From assembly GCA_963842945.1 (NCBI GenBank), contig CAWJIM010000018.1:1-64000 (forward strand): 64,000 nt of DNA, in the 5' to 3' direction. Source of the stretch: an uncultured Gemmatimonadales bacterium (GTDB lineage Bacteria > Gemmatimonadota > Gemmatimonadetes > Gemmatimonadales > GWC2-71-9). The translations under genes and the position numbers were made by a program. A model generated the notes under the pieces. It had not been told where the DNA came from, did no database searches, and saw nothing but the letters and a program-made list of their open reading frames with translations. Of the stretch, positions 1 through 10,770 are shown piece after piece (positions within the stretch are counted from its first letter, which is position 1; the number at the start of each line of letters is the position of its first letter).

Positions 1-2
1 TC

Positions 3-1568
3 ACGACCGTCGACCACAAGCGGATCGGAATCCTCTACCTCGTCACGTGCCTCTTCTTCTTCGGGGCAGGCGGGATCCTCGCTCTGCTCATGCGCTCGCA
101 GCTAGCCCAGGCGGATCAGACCTTCCTGACGCGCGACTCGTACAACGAGGTGATGACCGTCCACGGGACGGCCATGATCTTCCTGGTCGTCGTTCCGATT
201 CTCGCGGGCTTCGGAAACTTCCTCGTGCCGCTGATGATCGGAGCGCGCGACGTCGCGTTCCCGCGACTGAACGCGCTCTCGTACTGGCTCTTCCTCTTCG
301 GCGGGATCACGCTCTTCTCGAGCTTCTTCGCCTCGGGCGGGGCAGCCAAGACCGGGTGGACGATCTATGCGCCGCTCTCGAGTCGGCTCGGCGGGGACGG
401 CGTCGACATCCTCATCCTCGCGCTGCACATCCTGTCCATCTCCTCGCTCATCGGAGCAATCAACTTCGTCGTCACGATCCACCGGCTCCGGGCGCCCGGG
501 ATGTCCTGGATGCGCGTCCCCTTGTTCGTCTGGTCGATCGAGGTCTATGCGGCGCTCCTGATCGCCGTCCTGCCCGCGCTCTCCGCGGGCTTGACGCTGC
601 TGCTGCTCGATCGTCAGGCCGGCACTCATTTCTTCGATCCGGAGGGCGGCGGAAACGCGGTGCTCTTCCAACACGTCTTCTGGTTCTTCGGGCACCCCGA
701 GGTGTACGTGATGGTCCTGCCGGTGATGGGGATCGTCTCCGAGGTGATCCCCGTCTTCTCGCGCAAGCCGATCTTCGGCTACACGGCGATCGTCTTCTCC
801 ACGGTCGCGATCGGCTTCTACTCGATGCTCGTGTGGGCCCACCACATGTTCGCGGTCGGCCTGTCGACGCCACTCCTGGGCTTTTTCATGATCTCGTCGA
901 TGATCATCGCCGTCCCGACCGGCGTGAAGATCCTCAACTGGATCGCGACCACCTGGCGCGGCAACCTGATCTTCCAGACGCCGATGCTCTTCGCGCTCGG
1001 CTTCGTCGCCCTGTTCACGATCGGCGGCCTCTCCGGGATCTTCCTCGCGGTCTTCCCGTTCGACTGGCAGGCGCACGACTCGTACTTCGTCGTCGCCCAC
1101 CTGCACTACGTCCTGTTCGGCGGGTCGATGTTCGGGATCTTCGCCGGGCTCTACTACTGGTGGCCGAAGATCTTCGGGCGGCTGCTCGACGAGCGGCTCG
1201 GAAAGTGGCATTTCTGGCTGATGTTCATCGGCTTCAACCTCGCGTTCTTCCCACAGCACATGCTCGGCCTGATGGGCATGCCGAGGCGGATCTACACGTA
1301 CGGCGAGCGCTCGTGGGAGACCTACAACCTGATCTCGACGATCGGCGCGTTCGTGATGGCGGCCGGGATGATCGTCTTCGTGGTCAACATCATGTGGACG
1401 AGGAAGCGGCCGGGAGTGCGCTCCGGCAACGACCCGTGGCTCGGCGATACCCTTGAGTGGTACACGACCTCGCCACCGCCTCCGCACAACTTCGACAAGG
1501 TTCCCTACGTGACGAGCGCAAGGCCACTGCGAGATTTGCGACGCCGGATCTGGGAGCGGCGAATATGA
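3..1568 (+). CDS. ctaD: Cytochrome c oxidase subunit I (5'-partial)
   Basis: Frame opens at the window edge with TTVDHKRIG; motifs WFFGHPEVY, WAHHMF, VVAHLHY and GMPRR are present. Confidence 0.96.
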   Translation, partial: TTVDHKRIGILYLVTCLFFFGAGGILALLMRSQLAQADQTFLTRDSYNEVMTVHGTAMIFLVVVPILAGFGNFLVPLMIGARDVAFPRLNALSYWLFLFGGITLFSSFFASGGAAKTGWTIYAPLSSRLGGDGVDILILALHILSISSLIGAINFVVTIHRLRAPGMSWMRVPLFVWSIEVYAALLIAVLPALSAGLTLLLLDRQAGTHFFDPEGGGNAVLFQHVFWFFGHPEVYVMVLPVMGIVSEVIPVFSRKPIFGYTAIVFSTVAIGFYSMLVWAHHMFAVGLSTPLLGFFMISSMIIAVPTGVKILNWIATTWRGNLIFQTPMLFALGFVALFTIGGLSGIFLAVFPFDWQAHDSYFVVAHLHYVLFGGSMFGIFAGLYYWWPKIFGRLLDERLGKWHFWLMFIGFNLAFFPQHMLGLMGMPRRIYTYGERSWETYNLISTIGAFVMAAGMIVFVVNIMWTRKRPGVRSGNDPWLGDTLEWYTTSPPPPHNFDKVPYVTSARPLRDLRRRIWERRI

Positions 1569-2774
1569 GACCGGGGCCCTGGTTCCGGCTGACCGCGCTC
1601 GGTGGCGCGGCCGGGACGCTGCTCGCGGTCGTTTCCGGCACGGCAGCGCTCGGAGCCGGGCATCGCGTGCTCGCCGCTGTCGCGTTACCGCCTCTCGCAG
1701 CAGTCGTCGCCGCAGCGTGGGTCAGCTATCGACGCCTGCTTGCCCCGGCGCTTGCCGCCCTCGTCCTCTTCGGCCTCGCCGCGGCAGTCACGGCGCCGGG
1801 GCTCCACCTCGCCCTGGCCGCCGCGGCTTTCGCGGCTTCACTGGTGACGGCAGCCCTCTCGTGGCGGGGAGCGCCTCAGACCTCGCAACAGACTGTTGCC
1901 AGGTCTCGAAGGGAGACGGTTCGCGACTACGTGACGCTCACCAAGCCGCGGATCATGACGCTGCTCCTGCTGACGGGCTTCTGCGGGATGGTGATCGGGG
2001 CACAAGGCCTGCCGCCGGCCGGGCTCGCCGCGGCGGCCATGGCCGGGCTCGCTCTCGCCTGTGGCGGAGCAAGCGCGCTCAATCACGTGCTCGACGCGGA
2101 CATCGACCGGCTGATGGGCAAGCGGACCCGCTCGCGCCCCGTCGCTGCGGGCCGAGTTCCGGAGGCCTACGCGCTCGAGTTCGGGCTCGCCCTCTCCGCG
2201 CTCTCCTTCGTCCTGCTGGCGGGCTTCGTCAACGTGCTGGCCGCCGTGCTCGCCCTCGTTGGCAACCTGTTCTACGTCCTCGTCTACACGCGTCTGCTGA
2301 AGCGCACGACGCCGCAGAACATCGTCATCGGCGGAGCTGCCGGTGCGGTGCCGCCGCTCGTCGGGTGGGCCGCGGCAACGGGCGACCTGACGCTGCCGGC
2401 TCTCGTCCTGTTCGCGATCGTCTTCCTGTGGACGCCGCCCGCACTTCTGGGCGCTCGCCCTGCTCATCAAGCGCGACTACGCAGCAGCCGGCGTGCCGAT
2501 GCTTCCGGTCGTCCGCGGCGAGGACGAGACCGCCAAGCAGATCGTGCTCTACACCGTCGCTCTCGTCGCCTTCACGCTCGCGCCGGCGCTCTGGGGCCAG
2601 TTCGGAGCCGTGTACCTCGTGGCCGCGGCCGCGCTCGGGAGCTGCTTCCTCTTCCTCGCCTGGTGGCTTCGCCGTGAACGAACCCCGGCCCGCGCGGCCC
2701 TGCTGTTCCACTACTCGCTGGCGTACCTCGCGCTGATCTTCGTCGCTATGGCCTTCGACTCGGTGCTCGCGTGA
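1565..2774 (+). CDS. ctaB: Protoheme IX farnesyltransferase (heme O synthase) with a hydrophobic N-terminal extension; frameshift near 2440
   Basis: Motifs LTKPRI, DADIDRLMGKRTRSRP and NIVIGGAAGAVPPLVGW; WTPPHFWAL is split across frames; ATGA overlap with ctaD. Confidence 0.9.
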
Positions 2775-2992
2775 ACAAGAGACGAGAATCCGGTGCTCTG
2801 GAGCGGACGGCATCCGGCGCGATGCGCACGATGACCGGAACATTCGTCGCGCCCGCCGAGGCGGAGCCACGCGAGCCCACGCCCGAGGAAGGGCGCAGCA
2901 ACTCGCTCTTCGGGCTCGGCCTCTTTGCGATCTCCCTGCTGCTCTTCGCAGGGACGGTCGGGATCGCGCTCGTCTATCTCGCGCTCGACTAG
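2771..2992 (+). CDS. Small membrane protein with one C-terminal TM helix; start uncertain (2771 or 2822)
   Basis: GTGA overlap with ctaB; hydrophobic tail LFGLGLFAISLLLFAGTVGIALVYL. Confidence 0.5.
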   Translation: MNKRRESGALERTASGAMRTMTGTFVAPAEAEPREPTPEEGRSNSLFGLGLFAISLLLFAGTVGIALVYLALD

Positions 2993-2996
2993 TTAG

Positions 2997-3290
2997 CTAC
3001 ACCTGAGCCGGCTCCGGGTCGGGCCGAACGATCACCGTGTCGGCGACGCGGATGATCTCGTCGACCGGCAGCTCGGCGCGCGTGGCGTGGTCCCGGATCG
3101 CCTCCGGGCTCGTCGCCTGGTAGATGCAGACGGTGCCGACGGAGCCGCCGTTCTCCTCGAGGACGTAGGAGCGAATCCAGCGAATGTCGTCCGACATGTC
3201 CTCGCCGACCTGGCTCGAGCGCCCGGCTCCTTCCTGGAGCTCCTCGGGCGATTGCCAGCCGCTTCTGCGCAGAATCACGTACGTGTCCAT
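2997..3290 (-). CDS. DUF4242-family small protein
   Basis: WIRSYV...TVCIYQATSPEAIRDHATRAELPVDEI pattern; GAGG ribosome-binding site upstream. Confidence 0.75.
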   Translation of the reverse strand: MDTYVILRRSGWQSPEELQEGAGRSSQVGEDMSDDIRWIRSYVLEENGGSVGTVCIYQATSPEAIRDHATRAELPVDEIIRVADTVIVRPDPEPAQV

Positions 3291-3323
3291 TTACGCCTCC
3301 TCGGATCGGGGATCACAGATCCT

Positions 3324-4463
3324 ATGACTGTCGGCGCCGCTCCTCAAGGCATCTTTCTCGCCCGCCCGGCCGAGGTCGGGGACGGAATCCCGCTCGCCGT
3401 CAAGGACATCTTCGACACCGCGGGGCTCACGACCACATACGGCTCGATCGTCTTCGCCGACCACGTCCCCGACACGACGGCCGAGGCCGTGAGCCGGCTC
3501 GAAGGCGCCGGCTATGCGAACGTCGGAAAGACGAACCTGCACGAGTTCGCCTACGGGATCACGTCGGCGAACCCCCATTACGGCACCGTGCCCAACCCGG
3601 CGTTTCCGGGCAGGATGGCCGGCGGCTCGAGCGGAGGCTCGGCGGCGGCCCTGGCGGCCGGGCTGGCCGATGCCGCGCTCGGGACCGACTCGGGAGGCTC
3701 GGTGCGCATCCCGGCCGCGTGCTGCGGCATCGCCGGCCTCAAGCCCAGCTACGGGCTCGTCTCGCTCGACGGCTGCTTCCCGCTCGCCCCCAGCTTCGAC
3801 CACGTAGGCCCGATGGCGCGGACGGTCTCCGGCTGCGTCGAGATGATGCGTGCGCTCGTCGACGGCTTCGAGCCGATCGAGCTCCAGTCGCTCGAGGAAG
3901 TGGAGGTCGGGATCGCGTGGCTCGAGGACGCAGATCCTCTTGTCCACGCGCGTGTACGCGAGGCCGCCGACCTGTTTCCCCGCAGCCGCGAGCTCGACTT
4001 CCCGTTTCTGAGCGAGGTCGGCGTCGTCTTCATGCGCGAGGTCGCAGACGTCCACCGGGATCTCTTCGCCGAGTTCAAGGACTCCTACGGCGACAACGTG
4101 CGGACGAAGATCGAGCGCTGCCTCGAGGTGACCGACCCCGACTACGAGCGCGGAGTTCGGGCGCGGGCCGAGTATGCCGAGCGTGCGCGGGCCGCACTCG
4201 GCGGCGCCGATCTCGTGCTGACCCCGACCCTCGAGTTCGTCGCGCCTCCGCTGCCGGCGGACGACCTCGAGATCCGAGAGCGAACAGTCAGGCTCACCTT
4301 GCCGTTCAACGCCCTGGGCTGGCCGGCTCTCGCGCTTCCGTGCGGCGCCGCCGAGGACGGACTGCCCGCCTCGCTGCAGATCGCGGGCCCGCCGGGGTCC
4401 GACGCGCTTGTCTTGGCGGTCGGAGAACTGGTGGAGTCACTCATTCGAGGGACGCTCGAATGA
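3324..4463 (+). CDS. Amidase-signature family enzyme
   Basis: Motifs PLAVKD, GKTNLHEFAYG, GGSSGGSAAA and GTDSGGSVRIPA. Confidence 0.92.
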   Translation: MTVGAAPQGIFLARPAEVGDGIPLAVKDIFDTAGLTTTYGSIVFADHVPDTTAEAVSRLEGAGYANVGKTNLHEFAYGITSANPHYGTVPNPAFPGRMAGGSSGGSAAALAAGLADAALGTDSGGSVRIPAACCGIAGLKPSYGLVSLDGCFPLAPSFDHVGPMARTVSGCVEMMRALVDGFEPIELQSLEEVEVGIAWLEDADPLVHARVREAADLFPRSRELDFPFLSEVGVVFMREVADVHRDLFAEFKDSYGDNVRTKIERCLEVTDPDYERGVRARAEYAERARAALGGADLVLTPTLEFVAPPLPADDLEIRERTVRLTLPFNALGWPALALPCGAAEDGLPASLQIAGPPGSDALVLAVGELVESLIRGTLE

Positions 4464-4491
4464 GCCATTCCTGCCGAAGAACAGTCTTGCC

Positions 4492-6163
4492 ATGCCTGTC
4501 CGACTCACGATCGCCGGAGTTCTTGCGCTGCTCGCGCTCACCGTGGGCGCCGAGACCGCGATGGCTGCTCCGACTCCCAGGGCACCGCAGGGCCTGAAAG
4601 CTTTCCTGCTACGGGTCAACGAGCCCGAGTCGCTCAACAACCGAAGCTTCCCCCGCACACCGGCCTTCGCCTGGAAGCCCGTCGCGGGCGCGAAGAAGTA
4701 CGAGTTCGAGCTCTCGACGAGCGAGAAGTTCGCCGAGGGCGCGCTGATCTGGTCGAGCCAGAGCTCGGCCGTGAAGCTGACGAGCCCCGCGGCCACAGTC
4801 CCGATTTCCCTTCCCTGGATGACCGGCAACCCCTACGCGCTCTACGCGCGGGTTCGCGGCATCTCTCCGAGAGGCCACGAAGGCCGCTGGAGCAAGCCAT
4901 ACGGCTTCAACATGCGCTGGCGCGACCGGCCGAGGCCGCTCGATCCGCAGTTCCCGGGTCTGATCCGGTGGACGCCGATCGAGGGCGCAACCATGTACCA
5001 GGTCTGGCTCGAGGGCTCGACGACGTCGTTCTTCACGATCACGAACGTCGCCGACGAGCGGGAGTTCTACGCCTTCCACCACCAGGCTCCCTGGATCCAG
5101 TCGGTGAACTGGCGCATTCGCGCCGTCCGCAAGGTCTACGGCGACATCCCGACGGGCATGCCGCGCGTCACCTACGGCGCCTGGAGCGACTGGTTCACGA
5201 ACGTCAACCCGCCTTTCACCGTCGACTTCAACCCGCCGTTCACCCAGACGCCCGCCGAGATCGCGCTCGCCGGCACGGTCTCCGGCAACGACGTCAGCAC
5301 GCCTGGGAGTCCTCAGGCGCACGAGTTGCTCCCCGCCTTCCGGTGGACGGGCAACTACCGCTCCTGGGGCAACCCGGGCTTCCTCGACACGAACACCGAG
5401 CTGTTCCGCGTCTACGTCTACACCGACAGCGAGTGCGTGAACCGCGTCTACACGAGCGCGCTCGTCGGCGGCCCCGCGTACGCACCGCGGCTCGGGCAAA
5501 CGCTCGCCTATCCGGGGACGTTCGCCAACATCAGCGCCGCCCGCAGCGAATGGCTCAAGTACGGCGGCGAGGGCACGAGCGTGATGTGGGACGGAACTCC
5601 TGTCGCCCCCGCCGACGCGTCCACCACGGGGATCGACCTCTGGGACACGTACTGGCCGAGCGGCGGGTACTACTGGACCGTCGTGCCGGTCTTCCCGCGG
5701 CCTGACCCCATCGACGGGTCGAAGATCATGGAGTACCGCGACATCCAGCTTCCGGAGGACGTCTGCCGCGCAGGCGGCGCCGCCCGCTTCGGCAAGGTGA
5801 GCAAGCCGGTGCTGGTCGGAGACAAGGCGCCGTACGCGTCCGGTCTCTCGCCCGCAGGGAAGCTCGTCCCGGCCAAGCGCACCGTCTCCGGCTTTCTACG
5901 GAGCCCCGCTCGTCGCCTGGGAGCCCGTCCTCGGCGCCCACGAGTACGAGGTGCAGTGGAGCCGCAAGCTCAATCCCTGGCGCACCGAGCCCACCCCGCT
6001 CAAGACGGGGGCGACCTCGGCCGTGCTACCGCTGACCGTCGGCCGCTGGTACTACCGCGTCCGCGGACTCAATTACATGCTCCCCGCGAAGCCGGAGATG
6101 ACCTGGTCGAAGCCGGTCAACGTCCGCATCGCGAAGCCGCGCTTCAAGATCGTCAAGCGCTAG
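4492..6163 (+). CDS. Secreted Trp-rich protein with repeated Ig/Fn3-like modules; frameshift near 5900
   Basis: Signal peptide (…ETAMA); repeated W-x-P-[VI]-x-G-A-x-x-Y motif; C-terminus continues in the 5951..6163 frame. Confidence 0.7.
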
Positions 6164-7037
6164 TAGCAGCGAGCGCCGCGGCCTCGTAGATCGGGTCCCG
6201 CCGAACTCGTCGAGCTCGGCCGAGAGGAGATCGCTCCCGCGACGGCTGCTCGTGAGGGACCGGGCAATCCGCACCGTCGACGGCGACCTGCTCCACCTGT
6301 TCGGCGCTCTCGTGGACGAGGTCGACCTTGCGATCGAGGCGCGAGCGCAGCCAGCCGGCGAGAAGGGACGCCTCGGCCACCGGGCCGGTGACCTTCAGCT
6401 CGCTCGCCTCCGCGATTCCCGGCCAGAGGCCGGCCAGCGCGCGGCGCCACGGCTCGGTACGACGCCAGGCGATGTCCGAGCAAGCGGCGCGGTCGAATGG
6501 AAGGTCGGCGTACGCCTCAGGCGTGTCGGGCCATTCGCCGGAGTCGACGATCAAGCGGTCGCAGAGATCCACGAGCTGCTCGACTGCGGGGTCGCCGAAC
6601 GGCGGGCGCCCGCGCCAGCGGAGAAAGACGGGGAGCCCGGTGACGAGCAGCGGCATGACGATGCTGGCCGGCGCCTCCGCCCTCTTCCCGCGTAGGTGCA
6701 GCTCGATCACCTCGGCAGCGATGTGCCTCCGCTGATGCGAGAGGGGGAACGCGAGCACCGACACCCTCGCGTCGATCCCGTCGGTTCCCGACTCCTCTGG
6801 GAAGAGGAGGATTCCGCGGGACGGATGGCGCTCACCGAGCCCGGCGAGGGTCTCGACGGCCGCCTCCTGCCATTCGGGAGGAACCCAGGCGAGGTGCGTC
6901 ATGACGCTCGTCCGCAGGTCCGGGCCTTCCGTCTCCCCGGCGGACTCGTTCCGCAGCCGGTCGAGGGCGCCGGCCACATCGCCGATCGAGACGTCCTTCG
7001 CGCTCCACTCCGCGGCCTGGACGTCGGTCGCGCTCAA
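6153..7037 (-). CDS. opcA: Glucose-6-phosphate dehydrogenase assembly protein OpcA
   Basis: Motifs HPSRGI, PLLVTGLPVFLRWRG, RLIVDS, SDIAWRRTEPWR and LLAGWLRSRL; directly downstream of zwf; local indels near 6200-6240. Confidence 0.88.
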   Translation of the reverse strand: MSATDVQAAEWSAKDVSIGDVAGALDRLRNESAGETEGPDLRTSVMTHLAWVPPEWQEAAVETLAGLGERHPSRGILLFPEESGTDGIDARVSVLAFPLSHQRRHIAAEVIELHLRGKRAEAPASIVMPLLVTGLPVFLRWRGRPPFGDPAVEQLVDLCDRLIVDSGEWPDTPEAYADLPFDRAACSDIAWRRTEPWRRALAGLWPGIAEASELKVTGPVAEASLLAGWLRSRLDRKVDLVHESAEQVEQVAVDGADCPVPHEQPSRERSPLGRARRVRRDPIYEAAALAATSA

Positions 7038-8551
7038 TGCCGGAGCCACTCCCTGCCGTCGCGGCGCATGAGCTCGGTTGCAGCCACGGGGCCCCAGGTG
7101 CCCGCCGGATAGTTCGGGAAGGCGGGCCGGTCGCGGGCCCAGGTGGCGACGATCGCGTCGACGAGCGCCCATTGCTCCTCGACCTCGTCGGAGCGCGTGA
7201 ACAGCGTCTGGTCGCCCAGCATGGCGTCGAGGATCAGCCGCTCGTACGCCTCGGGCAGATCGGTGCGGAAGGCACCTCCGTACATGAAGTCCATGTGCAC
7301 GGTGCGGATCCGCATTCCCTGCCCCGGCACCTTCGCGCCGATCGCGAGCGAGACGCCCTCGTCGGGCTGGACGTGCACGAGCAGGAGGTTCGGACGCAGC
7401 TCCTCGGTCGCGGCGTCCTCGAACGGCGGGTGCGGAGCCTGCTGGAACTGGATCGCGATCGTCGTCTCCCGCCGCGCGAGGCGCTTGCCGGTGCGAACGT
7501 AGAAGGGAGTGTCGGCCCAGCGCCAGTTGTCGACGAAGAGCTTCGCTGCGACGTACGTCTCGGTCATCGACTCCGGAGCGACGCCCTCCTCCTCGCGATA
7601 TCCGGCCACCTCCTTGCCCTCGACGTAGCCCCGCCCGTACTGGCCGCGCACGATGTGCTTCGGGCCCGGCGTGTGGATCGCCTTCAGCACCTTCACCTTC
7701 TCGTTGCGCACCGAGTCGGCCGTGAAGTCGATCGGCGGCTCCATCGCGGTCAGCGCGACGAGCTGGAGCATGTGGTTCTGGACGATGTCCCGGATCGCGC
7801 CCGCCTGCTCGTAGAAGCCCGCCCGGCCCTCGATCCCCAGCGACTCCGCGACGGTGATCTGGACGTGGTCGATGAACTGGCGGTTCCAGATCGGCTCGAA
7901 GATCCCGTTCGCGAAGCGAAGGGCGAGCATGTTCTGGACGGTCTCCTTGCCGAGGTAGTGATCGATCCGGAAGACCTCTTCCTCGGTGAAGTAGCTGCTG
8001 ATCAGCTCCGTGAGCTCCCGCGCCGAAGCGAGGTCGTGGCCGAACGGCTTCTCGATGATGAGCCGCACCAGCCCTCGGTCTTGCGCCGCTTGCCGAGCTC
8101 CTCGACGATCGTCGGCATCGCCGCGCGGCGGAACTGCGAGGTAGTAGACGCGATTGCCGCGTGTGCCTCGCTCGTCGTCGAGCTGCGTTCAGGGTCTCCG
8201 CGAGCTTGTCCTCGCCGCTCTCGTCCGCGAAGTCCATGGGGAGGTAGTGCGTCGCCGGGGCGAGCCAGTCCCAGACTTCCTGCTTGAAGTCGTCGCGGCC
8301 GAACTCGCGGACGGCGTGCTCCATCCGGTCGCGGAACTCGTCGTCCGTCCACTCGCGAACGTGCGGTGCCGACGACCGCGAAGCGCTCCGGCAGCAGGCG
8401 CCGGCAGGCGAGCGCAGTAGAGCGCAGGGAAGATCTTGCGATGGCAGAGGTCGCCGGATGCGCCGAAGACGACCATCGCGCACGGCTCGGGAGCGCGCCG
8501 CGGGCCGAGGCCCGTGAGCAGCGGGTTCTCGGCGAGCTCGGTGTCGGTCAT
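7034..8551 (-). CDS. zwf: Glucose-6-phosphate 1-dehydrogenase; several frameshifts at 8070-8420
   Basis: Motifs FGASGDL, IIEKPFG, RIDHYLGKE, RDIVQNH and PEAYERL. Confidence 0.95.
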
Positions 8552-9417
8552 TGCGTCTTCACCGCGTGCCCGCCGAACTGGGCGCGAAGGGCGGCGTTGA
8601 CCTTCGCTGCAAACGACTCGTCCTGCCGCGAGGCGAAGCGCGCGAAGAGCGCGGCCGTGATCACCGGTGCGGGAACGTCCTCGTCGATCGCCGCGGCGAT
8701 GGTCCAGCGACCCTCGCCGGAGTCCTCGACGTAACCGGCGATGTCCCTCAGGTCGCTCCCGTGTGCGTCGAACGCGTCGTGCAGAAGCTCGAGCAACCAG
8801 GAGCGGACGACCGAGCCATAGCGCCAAATGCCGGAGATCTCCGCAAGGTCGAGGTCGAACTCGGAGGCTCGCATGATCTCGAACCCCTCGCCGTAGGCCT
8901 GCATGAGGCCGTACTCGATCCCGTTGTGGACCATCTTGGTGAAGTGGCCGGCGCCGGCTGGGCCGACGTGGGCCCATCCGTCCTCGGGAGCAAGCGTCTG
9001 GAAAGCCGGCGCGAGCAGCCCGACGGGCTCGTCTGCGCCGCCGGCCATCAGGCAGAACCCTTCCGTCAGCCCCCAGATCCCGCCGGAGACGCCCACGTCC
9101 AGAAAGTGGATCTCTCGTTCCGCCGCCTCCCGGTTGCGCCGCTGCGAGTCACGGAAGTTCGAGTTGCCGCCGTCGACGATTATGTCGCCGGCTTCGAGGA
9201 TCCCGAGCAGCTCCCGGAAGGCGCTCTCCGTGGGATCGCCCGCCGGGATCATCATCCAGACGGCTCTCGGCGGCTCGAGCTGAGCCGCGAGCTCCTCGAG
9301 CGAGGATGCTGTCGACTCCTCTTTCGGGTCGTAGCTCATGACCTCGTGACCGTCCAGGCGGAGCCGCTCCGTCATCCCGGAGCCCATGCGTCCGAGGCCG
9401 ACCATTCCGAGTTTCAT
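8548..9417 (-). CDS. gnd: 6-phosphogluconate dehydrogenase (decarboxylating, short type)
   Basis: Motifs MKLGMVGLGRMG, VDGGNS, GVSGG, KMVHNGIEYG and LRAQFGGH. Confidence 0.95.
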   Translation of the reverse strand: MKLGMVGLGRMGSGMTERLRLDGHEVMSYDPKEESTASSLEELAAQLEPPRAVWMMIPAGDPTESAFRELLGILEAGDIIVDGGNSNFRDSQRRNREAAEREIHFLDVGVSGGIWGLTEGFCLMAGGADEPVGLLAPAFQTLAPEDGWAHVGPAGAGHFTKMVHNGIEYGLMQAYGEGFEIMRASEFDLDLAEISGIWRYGSVVRSWLLELLHDAFDAHGSDLRDIAGYVEDSGEGRWTIAAAIDEDVPAPVITAALFARFASRQDESFAAKVNAALRAQFGGHAVKTQ

Positions 9418-10770
9418 AGCTCGTCCAGTTTCACACGGCAGACGCGCCGACCCCGCTCCTTGAGCGCTTCGAGGTCGCCCGCGGCCTGGGCGGCGATCAG
9501 CCGCTTGAAGCCGAAGTCGCGACCCGGGATCTCGAGCTCTTCTCCGAAGTCGTCGACGACCTGAATCGCCAGGATCGAGTTCGGGCCGCCCTTGTGCAAC
9601 TGGCCTGTCGAGTGCAGGTAGCGAGGCCCGAGGCCCTTGGTGACGACGCAGCCCGTTTCCCGCGCCCTGTGGACGAGCTTGTCGAGCTCGCCCTCCCGCT
9701 CGGGGTCGATGAATGCCTGGATACAGATGTAGTTCGGCGGCTCGCGCCTCTGCGAGCAGCTCCTCGATCGACCCTTCGGGACCTGTCTCGGGGTCAGACC
9801 CCTGGCCATGGCCGGAAGAGAGGAGGGCGCTCGTCCGGTCCTTCGCCGCCTGCACGTCGGGCTGGTCGAACGGGTTGATGCCGAGGATCGACCCGGCGAC
9901 CGCAGTCGCGAACTCCCAGCGGAAGAACTCGGCGCCGAGGTCGTACGGGTCGTCGAAGCGCACCTGCCCCTGCTGGCGGTCGGGTCCCGCGGCGGGGTCT
10001 TCGTCGGGGGCGGGGACGAGGCCCTTGCCCTCCTTGCCGGTCGACTCCGCGATGAGCTGCTCGGCCCAGAGCCCGAACCCGCCCGGGGTCTCGTCGATGC
10101 AGATCTTGTCGCGCCCATCGCTCCAGCCCTCACCGAACTGCAACCCGAACGCGAAGCCCGGATTCTCCTCGCCGAGCCGGCACCACTGGGCCATCGAGTC
10201 GGCTCGCTCGAGCAACATCCTGACGTCGAGGTCCATCAAGGCCGCGGGCACCATCCCGAATGGCGAGAGCACCGAGTAGCGCCCGCCGATCGTCGGCTCT
10301 CCGTTGACGACCCACGCGAAATCGCGCTCGCGCGCGAACTGCTCGAGCTCGGTCCCGGGGTCGGTGATCGCGCCGAACGACCCCTTCCCGCCCTTCAGGA
10401 AATAGTCGAGCTGAGAGCGCGTCTCGAGGGTCGTTCCCGACTTCGATGCCGCGACGAAGAGCGTGCGGTCCGCGTCGATCTGCTGCTCGAGCCGGCGGAT
10501 AGCGGTCGGGTGGGTCGTGTCGAGGACGTGCAGACGTTCGATTCCGAAGGTGCGGCGAATGACCTCCGGGCCCAGGCTGGAGCCACCCATGCCGAGGAGG
10601 ACGACGTCGTCGAAGTCGCGGTCGAGAGCCTCCAGCTCTTCGACGCGCTCGAGCATCCTTCCGGGCTCGTCGAGCCAGCCGAGCCAGTGTGCCTCGTCGC
10701 GACCGGTCCAGACAGTCGAGTCCCGGGCCCAGATCCGGTCGACGAGCTCGACTGCTTCCAGCGAGCTCAC
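9414..10770 (-). CDS. pgi: Glucose-6-phosphate isomerase (type related to the PGI half of Tal-Pgi fusions); frameshift near 9750
   Basis: Motifs LGMGGSSLGPE, SKSGTTLET, IGGRYSVLS, EQLIAESTGK, NPFDQPDVQAAK and GPRYLHSTGQLHKGGP. Confidence 0.88.

Noticed and set aside
6153..8483. 776-aa ORF suggesting a Zwf-OpcA fusion
   Set aside because: It results from zwf frameshifts; zwf has its own stop at 7034.
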